From contig CAJXJR010000016.1 of the NCBI GenBank assembly GCA_913055155.1, positions 19,003 through 83,002 on the forward strand: a stretch of DNA of 64,000 bases, in the 5' to 3' direction. Below, piece by piece: positions 39,037-49,074 of this stretch. Origin of the DNA: an uncultured Erythrobacter sp. GTDB lineage: Bacteria; Pseudomonadota; Alphaproteobacteria; Sphingomonadales; Sphingomonadaceae. How positions within the stretch are numbered: position 1 is the first letter of the stretch; every line of letters begins with the position of its first letter. Under the pieces are notes generated by a model. It searched no databases and had not been told where the DNA came from. It worked only from the letters and a program-made list of their open reading frames with translations. The position numbers and the translations under genes are program-made.

Positions 39037-40284
39037 GTGATGGCGGGGTTCATCGGCAATGTCGTGGAGTGGTACGATTTCGCCCTCTACGGCTATCTCG
39101 CCGGGGTGATCGCGCCGGTGTTCTTTCCCGAATCCAGCCCCGCGGCAGGACTGATCGCCACTTACGGCATCTTTGCCGCCGGCTTCGTGATGCGGCCGAT
39201 CGGGGCGGCGCTGTTCGGGTGGTTCGGCGACTTGCACGGCCGTGCGCGTACGATGCAGATCTCGGTCGCGCTGATGGCCATGCCCACGCTGCTGCTGGGC
39301 CTGCTGCCCAGCTATGCCACGGCCGGTATGCTTGCGCCGGTACTGCTGGTGCTGGTGCGGCTGATGCAGGGCCTGTCGGTGGGCGGGGAGTTTTCCTCGT
39401 CCGCCACTTACCTCGTCGAAACCGCGCCCATGCAAAAGCGCGGCCTGATCGGCAGCTGGGCCAATGTCGGCTCCATGTCCGGCTCGCTGTTGGGCGTGGG
39501 CGCGGCGGCTTTGACGACCAACCTGTTCGATCCGCAAGTGGTGCAGGACTGGGCCTGGCGCTTGCCCTTCCTGGCAGGAGCCGTGCTGGGCACGCTGGCG
39601 TTCTGGATCCGCTCCGACCTGCACAATTCGCAGCGGTTCTGCCGCCAGGATGCGAACCGCGCGGCAACCTCGCCGCTGTTGCAGGCCTTTACCAGCAACC
39701 GGCGCGAAACGCTGCTGGCGGTCGGCTTTGCCGCTGCATACGGCACCACTTTCTACATGGCGGTGGTCTACCTGCCCGAATGGCTGACCGCGCAGGGCCT
39801 GATGGAACGCGGCACGGCGCTGGCGATCAATTCGGGGGTTACCTTCATCGTTATCCTGGCCATGCCGCTGGCTGCGATCGTGGGCGACCGGGTGATGCCG
39901 CGCCGCACCTGGATCGCCGTTGCCATGGGGCTGCTGGTCCTGCTGGCCTGGCCGCTGCACGAATGGATGCTGGTGTCGGGCGGATCGTTGGCCTCGGTGC
40001 TGGTGACGCACCTGTGCTTCTTCCTGGTGCTGGCCGTGCCGCTCGGTTCGGGCCCGGCGCTGTTCGTGGAGATGTTCCCCGCCGAAGACCGGCTTTCGGG
40101 ATACAGCGTGGCCTTCAATATCGGGCTGGGCGTGTTCGGCGGGCTGACGCCGATGATCGCCTCGCTGCTGATCGCGCAGACCGGGCTGGCGACCTCGCCT
40201 GCGCTTTACATGACGCTTGCTGCGCTGGTGGCCGCGCTGGTGCTGTTGCACGTGAAGGACGGCAGCCGCGCGCCGCTACGCTGA
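39037..40284 (+). CDS. MFS transporter, metabolite:H+ symporter (MHS) type
   Basis: GNVVEWYDFALYGY is the MHS N-terminal signature. The only in-frame starts (GTG 39037, ATG 39040) leave an unusually short N-terminus. Confidence 0.8.
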   Translation: MMAGFIGNVVEWYDFALYGYLAGVIAPVFFPESSPAAGLIATYGIFAAGFVMRPIGAALFGWFGDLHGRARTMQISVALMAMPTLLLGLLPSYATAGMLAPVLLVLVRLMQGLSVGGEFSSSATYLVETAPMQKRGLIGSWANVGSMSGSLLGVGAAALTTNLFDPQVVQDWAWRLPFLAGAVLGTLAFWIRSDLHNSQRFCRQDANRAATSPLLQAFTSNRRETLLAVGFAAAYGTTFYMAVVYLPEWLTAQGLMERGTALAINSGVTFIVILAMPLAAIVGDRVMPRRTWIAVAMGLLVLLAWPLHEWMLVSGGSLASVLVTHLCFFLVLAVPLGSGPALFVEMFPAEDRLSGYSVAFNIGLGVFGGLTPMIASLLIAQTGLATSPALYMTLAALVAALVLLHVKDGSRAPLR

Positions 40285-40342
40285 GCGCGCACGCGAAAAG
40301 GCGGCCCCGTTATGGAGCCGCCCCTTCGCGTGATAGACTGGT

Positions 40343-40744
40343 TCAACGCTTGGTGCTGGGGACGGAAGCCCCGGCCGGCAGTGCCCCGTGGTTCTCGCGC
40401 ACCCAGCGGCCCACCTTGCGGCCGTAGCGGGCGATCATCTGCATGTTGAAGAAGTGCCAGCAGCCCAGCACCAGCACGGCAAGCCCCACCTTGGTGGCAA
40501 CGAAGCGGATCGCCTCGGCCAGGGTGGCGGGCTCGCTGCCCAGGCTGATGGTCAGCAGGATGAAGCCCACGTTGACGAGGTAGAAGCCCACCACCAGCAA
40601 GTGGTTGGTGCTGCGCGCCAGCACCTCGTCGTGGCCGAAGCAATCGACCAGGAACACCTCGCCATTGACGCTGAGCGTGCGTGCAACCCAGCCGGTAAGG
40701 GCAATGGCGATGATGAGGTAGGCGAAATAGCTGAGTTCGGTCAT
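40343..40744 (-). CDS. hypothetical membrane protein
   Basis: 133-aa ORF with 4 hydrophobic helices, last gene of the putative regulator operon. Confidence 0.6.
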   Translation of the reverse strand: MTELSYFAYLIIAIALTGWVARTLSVNGEVFLVDCFGHDEVLARSTNHLLVVGFYLVNVGFILLTISLGSEPATLAEAIRFVATKVGLAVLVLGCWHFFNMQMIARYGRKVGRWVRENHGALPAGASVPSTKR

Positions 40745-40758
40745 CGGACTTCTCCTGC

Positions 40759-41265
40759 TTAGTGAATCATGTCGTGGAAGGGGTTGTTTGGTTTTTCAGC
40801 AGCATTGTTGCGAATGGACTGCTTGGCTTCGCGCCAGCGACCCCAGCGATAGGCTGTGGCTCCTCCAGCGATCCCGCCAACGCCAGCAAAAATGGAAAGG
40901 GCGTTGTCGGTGTACAGCTCGCCACTAAACAGCAGGGCAATGGATGCCGCGCCTGCAAGCGCGCCAATCAGGCCATAAAGGGCGGCCATCTCCCAATCGG
41001 CAGCTTTGAGCAGCAGCGTGGTCGGCAGGCCGATCAGGAGCAGGCCGACGATGACAAAGAGCGCGCCCACGAAACCGCAGAGCAGCATGCCGCCAAGGAA
41101 CCCGCTGACGGACGCGCCGTCAGCGATCATGCCGATAGGCAGCAGTATGGCGAATGCCGCAGTTCCCCAGCCCCACGCCGACGCGAAATTCCGTGCATTA
41201 GGCCCGAAGCCATCTTTCGGAATTTCTGTAATTCCAGAAACTCTATCTCGTGGATCGGCAGTCAT
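40759..41265 (-). CDS. hypothetical membrane protein
   Basis: 168-aa ORF with Gly-rich TM helices. SD AAGGA lies 9 nt upstream of the ATG, and the gene starts 27 nt after the regulator stop. Confidence 0.6.
   Translation of the reverse strand: MTADPRDRVSGITEIPKDGFGPNARNFASAWGWGTAAFAILLPIGMIADGASVSGFLGGMLLCGFVGALFVIVGLLLIGLPTTLLLKAADWEMAALYGLIGALAGAASIALLFSGELYTDNALSIFAGVGGIAGGATAYRWGRWREAKQSIRNNAAEKPNNPFHDMIH
41215..41240. promoter_or_regulatory. Second copy of the operator-like motif (intragenic)
   Basis: tttcGGAATTTCTGTAATTCCagaaa. It shares the 14-mer gaatttctgtaatt with 41862-41875. Confidence 0.35.
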
Positions 41266-41292
41266 GGCAGGTGATCCTTTCGCTGTTGGAGG

Positions 41293-41841
41293 TTAGCCGC
41301 CCGTCTGGTTGCGAGTGGGGATGAAGCGCGCGACCTTGCTGCCCAGCTTCATCAGCGAAACCAGCGTGCCCTTGGGCAGCTTGCGCACGTCGTCGAACCA
41401 GCCCGTCAGCGTGCCCATGAAGGTGTGCATGCGCTCTATCCGCTCACGGATGTGCGCGGGCACATCGTCGCGGCCTTCCAACTGGGCGGAAAGGTCCGAC
41501 AGCACCAGCAGCGTGGGGTCGATCTCGCGCTTCTTGCGTTCCAAGGTGATGCGCATCAGCATCTCCCACAGGTCGGTCTCGGCCACGAAGTGATCGCGGC
41601 GGTCGCCCATCACGTGCTGGCGGCGGATGATGCCATAGCCTTGCAGTTCCTTCAGCGCGGTGGAGACGTTGGAGCGGGCGAGGCCCAGCGTGTCGCAGAT
41701 CTCTTCGGCATTGAGCGGCCTGTCGGACAGGTAGAGCAGCGCATGCACCTGGCTGACCGAGCGGTTCACCCCCCAGTGCGAACCCATCTCCCCCCAGTGG
41801 AGGATGAACGCTTCGGCTTCGGGGATATCGGTTACTTTCAC
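41293..41841 (-). CDS. GbsR/MarR family transcriptional regulator
   Basis: Winged-helix core (VHALLYLSDRPLNAEEICDTLGLARSNVSTALKELQGYGIIRR...GDRRDHF). GTG at 41841 is the only canonical in-frame start downstream of the 41936 gene. Confidence 0.8.
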   Translation of the reverse strand: MKVTDIPEAEAFILHWGEMGSHWGVNRSVSQVHALLYLSDRPLNAEEICDTLGLARSNVSTALKELQGYGIIRRQHVMGDRRDHFVAETDLWEMLMRITLERKKREIDPTLLVLSDLSAQLEGRDDVPAHIRERIERMHTFMGTLTGWFDDVRKLPKGTLVSLMKLGSKVARFIPTRNQTGG

Positions 41842-41854
41842 GAGTTCCGACTCA

Positions 41855-41892
41855 CATTCCTGAATTTCTGTAATTTCCGAAATACAGGAATG
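41855..41892. promoter_or_regulatory. 38-bp palindrome (putative operator) overlapping a candidate promoter of the GbsR/MarR gene
   Basis: CATTCCTGaATTTC-N10-GAAATaCAGGAATG, with 13/14 arm matches. On the - strand, TTGACG (41901-41906) and TATTTC (41879-41884) are separated by 16 nt. Confidence 0.5.
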
Positions 41893-41935
41893 AAGCGACG
41901 CGTCAAGGGCGGTCTTGCCTGCAACAAACGTGCGC

Positions 41936-42157
41936 CTAGCTGGCGCGCATTTCCTCGGCTTCTGCAGCGCGTTGCTCGGCCTTTTCGCGGGCCGCCTTTT
42001 CGCGGTCCTCGGCCACCTTGCGCGCCTGTTCGGCCAGCCCGCGCCACGTACGTTCCGCGCGCAGTTCGCGCTCGCGCACGTTGTCCAGCGTCGCCTGCTC
42101 GGCAGCTGCGGCGGCGGCATCGGCGCGGTCGCGATAGAATTCGAAAGTCTGGGCCAT
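41936..42157 (-). CDS. hypothetical small coiled-coil protein
   Basis: 73 aa (MAQTFEFYRDRADAAAAAAEQ...). AGGAGAAGG lies just upstream of the ATG at 42157. The sequence is charged and helical. Confidence 0.65.
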   Translation of the reverse strand: MAQTFEFYRDRADAAAAAAEQATLDNVRERELRAERTWRGLAEQARKVAEDREKAAREKAEQRAAEAEEMRAS

Positions 42158-42194
42158 GGTCCTTCTCCTGATGATGGGTGTGGGGGAAGGGCAG

Positions 42195-42228
42195 GGCGGG
42201 GGCGACGCCTTGGCGCAGCGCCCCCGCC
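42195..42228 (-). terminator. 10-bp GC hairpin between csp and the downstream small gene
   Basis: GGCGGGGGCG (42195-42204) pairs with CGCCCCCGCC (42219-42228). No U-tract follows. Confidence 0.35.
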
Positions 42229-42236
42229 CCGGAAGA

Positions 42237-42449
42237 TCAGTCGGCAGCCGACAGGTTGACGGCGCTTTCCTTGCCGTTGCGGCCGGTTTCGACGTCGTAG
42301 TTGAGGCGCTGCTCCTTATCGAGCGTCTGCATCCCTGCCGCCTGAACGGCGGTGATGTGCACGAAGCTGTCGGCCGAGCCATCGTCGGGCTGGATGAAAC
42401 CATAGCCCTTGTCGGTGTTGAAGAATTTTACGGTGCCAATCTTGGCCAT
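42237..42449 (-). CDS. cold-shock protein (CspA family)
   Basis: 70 aa with RNP1 KGYGFI and an RNP2-like SFVHI. Confidence 0.95.
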   Translation of the reverse strand: MAKIGTVKFFNTDKGYGFIQPDDGSADSFVHITAVQAAGMQTLDKEQRLNYDVETGRNGKESAVNLSAAD

Positions 42450-42664
42450 GTGTCGTTCCTTTCAAGAAACGTAAGGGTTGCCGCCCCGCACCATGCGGGG
42501 GCGGTTGTCGCGTCAAATCGTCTGATGAAAGGAAGTCGTCGTCTGGATTGCGCCGGGCCTTCGCAAGAAGGATGACCGGCGGTCGGCAAATCTCGAAGTC
42601 CGTCGCATATTCCGACGTCATCCTAGCAGGTGCCGCGGGCAAAAGATAGGCTTGCGCTTGCAGC

Positions 42665-43015
42665 CTACCTGCCGCGCCAGAGCAACGGTGCCGAAGCGAG
42701 CGCAAAGCCGAGGAACAGGCTCTGCCATTGCAGCGCCTTGAACAGGTCCATCCAATCGGTTTCGTAGGCAAACCATGTGTTTACGCCGACATCGACCACG
42801 ATGATCGCCAGGCCCAGCACCACGCCTGCGCGGTATCGCAGTGCCAGCAAGGCTGCGGCGGCCAGATCGAGCGGCAGCAGCAGCGACCAGAACCAGTTCA
42901 GCGCAAGCGGGGCGAAATCGTAGGGCAACCAGCCGCCGGAGAGCACATCGCGCGCGTGATTGACGGCACCGATCAGGAACGCCCCGATCCAGACGAAGCG
43001 GACAAACCGGTCCAA
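42665..43015 (-). CDS. hypothetical membrane protein
   Basis: 116-aa ORF with 4 TM helices. The TTG start lies 6 nt after the scoB stop. Confidence 0.5.
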   Translation of the reverse strand: MDRFVRFVWIGAFLIGAVNHARDVLSGGWLPYDFAPLALNWFWSLLLPLDLAAAALLALRYRAGVVLGLAIIVVDVGVNTWFAYETDWMDLFKALQWQSLFLGFALASAPLLWRGR

Positions 43016-43021
43016 ACCCTG

Positions 43022-43657
43022 TCAGCTCAGGTAATGCGCCGTGGTCTTCTCGGCCACTTCCTCTGCGCTTACGCCTGGCGCCAGTTCCACCAGTTTGAAC
43101 GGCAGGTCGTGGTTGGGGCGCTGGAACACGGCAAGGTCGGTGATGATCATGTCGACCACATTGGTGCCCGTCAGCGGCAAGGTACATTCGGGAATGAACT
43201 TCGGGTCACCGTGCTTGGAGGTGTGCTCCATCACCACGATGATCTTCTTCACGCCTGCCACCAGGTCCATCGCGCCGCCCATGCCCTTCACCATCTTGCC
43301 GGGGATCATCCAGTTGGCGATGTCGCCGTTCTCGGCCACTTCCATGGCGCCAAGCACGGTCAGGTCGATATGCCCGCCGCGGATCATCGAAAAGCTGGTG
43401 GCGCTATCGAAATAGGCAGAGTGCGGCAGTTCGCTGATGGTCTGCTTGCCGGCGTTGATGAGGTCGGCGTCCTCCTCGCCCTCGTAAGGGAAGGGGCCGA
43501 TACCCAGCATGCCGTTCTCGCTTTGCAGCGTCACCTGCATGCCTTCGGGAATGTGGTTCGCCACCAGCGTGGGGATGCCGATGCCGAGATTGACGTAATA
43601 ACCGTCCTGCAGTTCTTGCGCGGCGCGGGCGGCCATCTCGTCGCGGGTCCAGGGCAT
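43022..43657 (-). CDS. scoB: 3-oxoacid CoA-transferase subunit B
   Basis: 211 aa with the catalytic-Glu motif QSENGMLG. Confidence 0.92.
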   Translation of the reverse strand: MPWTRDEMAARAAQELQDGYYVNLGIGIPTLVANHIPEGMQVTLQSENGMLGIGPFPYEGEEDADLINAGKQTISELPHSAYFDSATSFSMIRGGHIDLTVLGAMEVAENGDIANWMIPGKMVKGMGGAMDLVAGVKKIIVVMEHTSKHGDPKFIPECTLPLTGTNVVDMIITDLAVFQRPNHDLPFKLVELAPGVSAEEVAEKTTAHYLS

Positions 43658-43695
43658 TGAGCGTTCTCCTTTGGGGGAAAGGTGTGTCTGCGCGG

Positions 43696-44274
43696 CTATT
43701 CGCCGACCGGGTTGGGGATGAGGAACCAGCCGTTGCCCAGCATCATCTCCAGCGAGCGCGCATCGTTGAGGTCGCGCAGGAAATTATAAAGGTCGTCGAA
43801 GTCCGAGCGCTCGTCACCCGCCAGTGCGATCACGCAGCGCGTCTGCGCCAGCGCGGCACGGCGCGACTGCTTGGTTTCCCCCGGATAGCGTTCGACATAG
43901 AGTGCATCCTGCGACGCATCCCCCAGGGTGGCGACGATCACCGGCTCCCGCGTGGCAGATGCCAGCGGAGTGGGTGTGGATGCGGGTGTCGGCGTGGCCT
44001 GGGGCGAGATCGGCTCCGCCGCTGCCGCAACCGGTTCGGCAGGCTCCGCGGCGGCCAGGGCAGGAGTCGGCGTGGGCGTGGGGGCCGCTGCCGGAGTTAC
44101 AAGCGGAGGATTGACCACCGTCACGCTTTCGCGGCTGCTGGAACGCGCGTCGTCGGACACGCCATTGCGAACCAGCGCGCCGCCGCCCGCCACGATCGGC
44201 AGCGCGGCCGCCGCGATGCAGCCTTGCAGGGCGATGGAAGAAAGGCCGAGGAGCAAAAGGTTACGATAGGTCAT
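43696..44274 (-). CDS. hypothetical lipoprotein with Pro/Ala/Thr-rich linker
   Basis: Lipobox LQGC, a [12 protein letters not shown] low-complexity region and a ~90-aa C-terminal globular part. It lies between scoA and scoB. Confidence 0.65.
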   Translation of the reverse strand: MTYRNLLLLGLSSIALQGCIAAAALPIVAGGGALVRNGVSDDARSSSRESVTVVNPPLVTPAAAPTPTPTPALAAAEPAEPVAAAAEPISPQATPTPASTPTPLASATREPVIVATLGDASQDALYVERYPGETKQSRRAALAQTRCVIALAGDERSDFDDLYNFLRDLNDARSLEMMLGNGWFLIPNPVGE

Positions 44275-44440
44275 TCGCGCATGTCATCCTGCAACGTGTT
44301 CAGCCCGGTGGTATTGCCTGCCCGTTCCATGTCGAGCCCTTTCCCGTTTCCGGCAGGTGCCCCCGCGGCGCTCAATCCCGTGATTCGGGAATGGGCCAGG
44401 CTCGCACTGCGCACCGATTGCATCATCGGTATGCCGGGCA

Positions 44441-45148
44441 TCACGCCGTCTCGCGTTGGCGCGTCGTGACGAACTCGATCTTCTTGTCGTAGGGGGCGCC
44501 CACCACCATGCGGTTGATGAAGACGCCGGGCAGGTGGATGCAATCGGGGTCCAGCGAACCGGCGGGCACCACTTCCTCCACCTCGGCCACGCACACCTTG
44601 CCGCAGGTGGCGGCAGGCTGGTTGAAATTGCGCGCAGTCTTGCGGAACACCAGGTTGCCTGTCTCGTCCGCCTTCCAGGCCTTGATGATCGACAGGTCGG
44701 CGAAGATGCCCTTCTCGAGGATGTATGTCTCGCCGTCGAATTCCTTGTGCTCCTTGCCCTCTGCCACCTGCGTGCCGACGCCGGTCTTGGTGTAGAAGCC
44801 GGGAATCCCTGCGCCGCCTGCGCGCATGCGTTCGGCCAGCGTGCCTTGCGGGCAGAACTCCACCTCCAGCTCGCCCGAAAGGTACTGTCGTTCGAATTCC
44901 TTGTTCTCGCCGACGTAGGAGGAGATCATCTTCTTTACCTGCCGCGTGCGCAGCAGCATGCCGATGCCTTCGTTGTCGATCCCGGCGTTGTTGCTGGCGA
45001 AGGTGAGGTTCTTCACGCCGCTGTCCTGGATCGCCTTCAGCAATCGTTCGGGGATGCCGCACAGGCCAAACCCGCCGGACGCAATCAGCATGTCGTCGTG
45101 CAGCAGCCCTTCAAGGGCGGCTTCGGCGGAAGGATAGAGTTTCTGCAT
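44441..45148 (-). CDS. scoA: 3-oxoacid CoA-transferase subunit A
   Basis: MQKLYPSAEAALEGLLHDDMLIASGGFGLCGIPE is a typical N-terminus. ATG at 45148. The track ORF extends to 45253. Confidence 0.92.
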   Translation of the reverse strand: MQKLYPSAEAALEGLLHDDMLIASGGFGLCGIPERLLKAIQDSGVKNLTFASNNAGIDNEGIGMLLRTRQVKKMISSYVGENKEFERQYLSGELEVEFCPQGTLAERMRAGGAGIPGFYTKTGVGTQVAEGKEHKEFDGETYILEKGIFADLSIIKAWKADETGNLVFRKTARNFNQPAATCGKVCVAEVEEVVPAGSLDPDCIHLPGVFINRMVVGAPYDKKIEFVTTRQRETA

Positions 45149-45332
45149 CGCGGCATCCTTGGGCTGTGGAATCGTGCGGACACTAGAGCCCGGGCGGCTT
45201 CGTGTCACCAGCCAAAGCCCGATGCCGCACTGCACAATAGCGATTCGCCTCAACCTGAATATCGATTCGATTTTCGCCAGGGGCTGACACTCATGTAAGC
45301 CCTTAAGTCACTGCATTTTCGCTAATATACCG

Positions 45333-45357
45333 ATATGTTGCAAAAGGTGCAACATAT
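45333..45357. promoter_or_regulatory. Perfect 10-bp inverted repeat ATATGTTGCA-aaagg-TGCAACATAT
   Basis: Read directly from the sequence. It lies 5 nt downstream of a TAATAT -10-like hexamer (45323-45328). Confidence 0.5.
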
Positions 45358-45471
45358 GATGCCCTTTTCGCACTTGCGAGATCGGGTCGATCCGCGCATA
45401 TCTCTCCCTGCCTTTCAGGCATCCTCTCCCAAAACTTCCCAGGCCCGGTCGGCAACGACCGGGCCTTTTTT
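45336..45471 (+). ncRNA. Candidate small RNA or terminator-containing leader upstream of the cdc48-like gene
   Basis: A -10-like TAATAT upstream, two C/U-rich anti-SD-like motifs (CTCTCCC 45402-45408, CCTCTCCC 45423-45430) and an intrinsic terminator at 45441-45471. The only ORF runs through the terminator. Confidence 0.35.
45441..45471 (+). terminator. Rho-independent terminator
   Basis: AGGCCCGGTCG-gcaa-CGACCGGGCCT followed by TTTTTT. Confidence 0.75.
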
Positions 45472-45619
45472 CTTGCCCGCTCCCAGGAGCCGTACCGCAG
45501 CGCCTGATCCATCCGCTGGCGGCTTTCCCGGCACCTTCCGGCTGCTTGCAGGTTTGCAATAGTGGCGGGCGCTCCCTAGGTCCGCTGTAGACAACAGGCA
45601 TAACTGGACAGGACCACAC

Positions 45620-47922
<2,303 letters not shown>

Positions 47923-47926
<4 letters not shown>

Positions 47927-49035
47927 TCCCGGTTCGAAGTAATCCCCGCTTCGCCGCCTTCCCACAGCATCTCTGCTGCAGAGGTGACGCGGCGAACGGC
48001 AATGGCTTCGGGCATCTGTTCGCGGATGAAGGCCAGCATGCCTTCGCGGATCTGGCACCTGAGGTCGAAGGCGGCACTGGCGTCCTGCGCGCTCATGAGC
48101 AGGCGCAGTTCCATCGAATCGAGCGTGGTATCGGTGACCTGCACCGCTTTGACGCGCTGGTCCCACAGCGGGTTGGACTCGATCTGCCTCTCGAACTCGG
48201 TGCGCAGGCGGGCCACGTCGGCCAGCGGGTCCAGGTGCAGGTAGACCGTGCCCAGCAGCTGCGAATCCTTGCGCGTCCAGTTCTGGAAGGTTTCCTCCAG
48301 GAACTTGGAAGAGGGCACGATCAGGCGCCGCTCGTCCCACACTTTCACCACGACATAGGTGGTGCGGATATCCTCGATGCGGCCCCATTCGCCGTCGATG
48401 ATGACGACATCGTCGATGCGGATCGGTTCCGTCAGCGCCATCTGCAGCCCGCCGATCAGCGCCTTCAGCGCAGGCTGGGCGGCCGCACCCACGGCGAGGG
48501 CCGCAAGTCCGGCAGAGGCCATCAGCGTGACCCCCACGCTGCGCACGCCGGGGATCGAGAGCATCATCAGCCCCACGGTGATGACGATGATGCAGAAGGT
48601 GCCGATGCGGCTGAATATGGCCAGCCGCGTGCGGCGGCGGCGCGCCTGAAGGTTGTCGGCCACGTCGATATCGGCGCGCAGCTCCATCGCCGCCACGAAT
48701 GCGCGCATGATCGACAACGCGATCCAGCCGATCAGCGCGGGCATCACGAAGCCGGCGATCTTCTCCCACACGCTTTCCAGCACCGCGACTTCGCGCGCCG
48801 CCAGTACCACGCCCAGTGCCACCATGGCCCACTTGGTGGGCCGCGCCAGGTGCCTGACGACGATATTGTCCGCCTCGCTGTCGCTGGCCTTGGCGACTTT
48901 CCTGAGAATGCGGAACAGGATGCGATGCGCCAGCAGCGCCAGCAGGACACCGATAGCCGCCGCCAGCGCGGCGACCAGCCAGGACTCAATGGCATCGGGC
49001 ACGGTGTCGCGAAGGGCAGTCAGCCAGTCATTCAT
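47923..49035 (-). CDS. mechanosensitive ion channel family protein (MscS-like)
   Basis: TM helices plus an MscS beta-domain (IRIDDVVIIDGEWGRIEDIRTTYVVVKVWDERRLIVPSSKF). Confidence 0.85.
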
Positions 49036-49074
49036 GGTGCAATGCAGTAAAGACCGCCGGCCCGCCTAGCAAGC

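Noticed and set aside
45338-45356. Sigma-54-like reading of TTGCAaaaggTGCAAC in the palindrome
   Set aside because: It lacks the invariant GG of the -24 element on either strand. It is better described simply as an inverted repeat.
45375-45396. gcgagatcgggtcgatccgcgc resembling the cassette right-end core gcaatcgggtcg
   Set aside because: Only the 9-mer atcgggtcg is shared and no partner left motif is nearby. That is too short to call a third copy.
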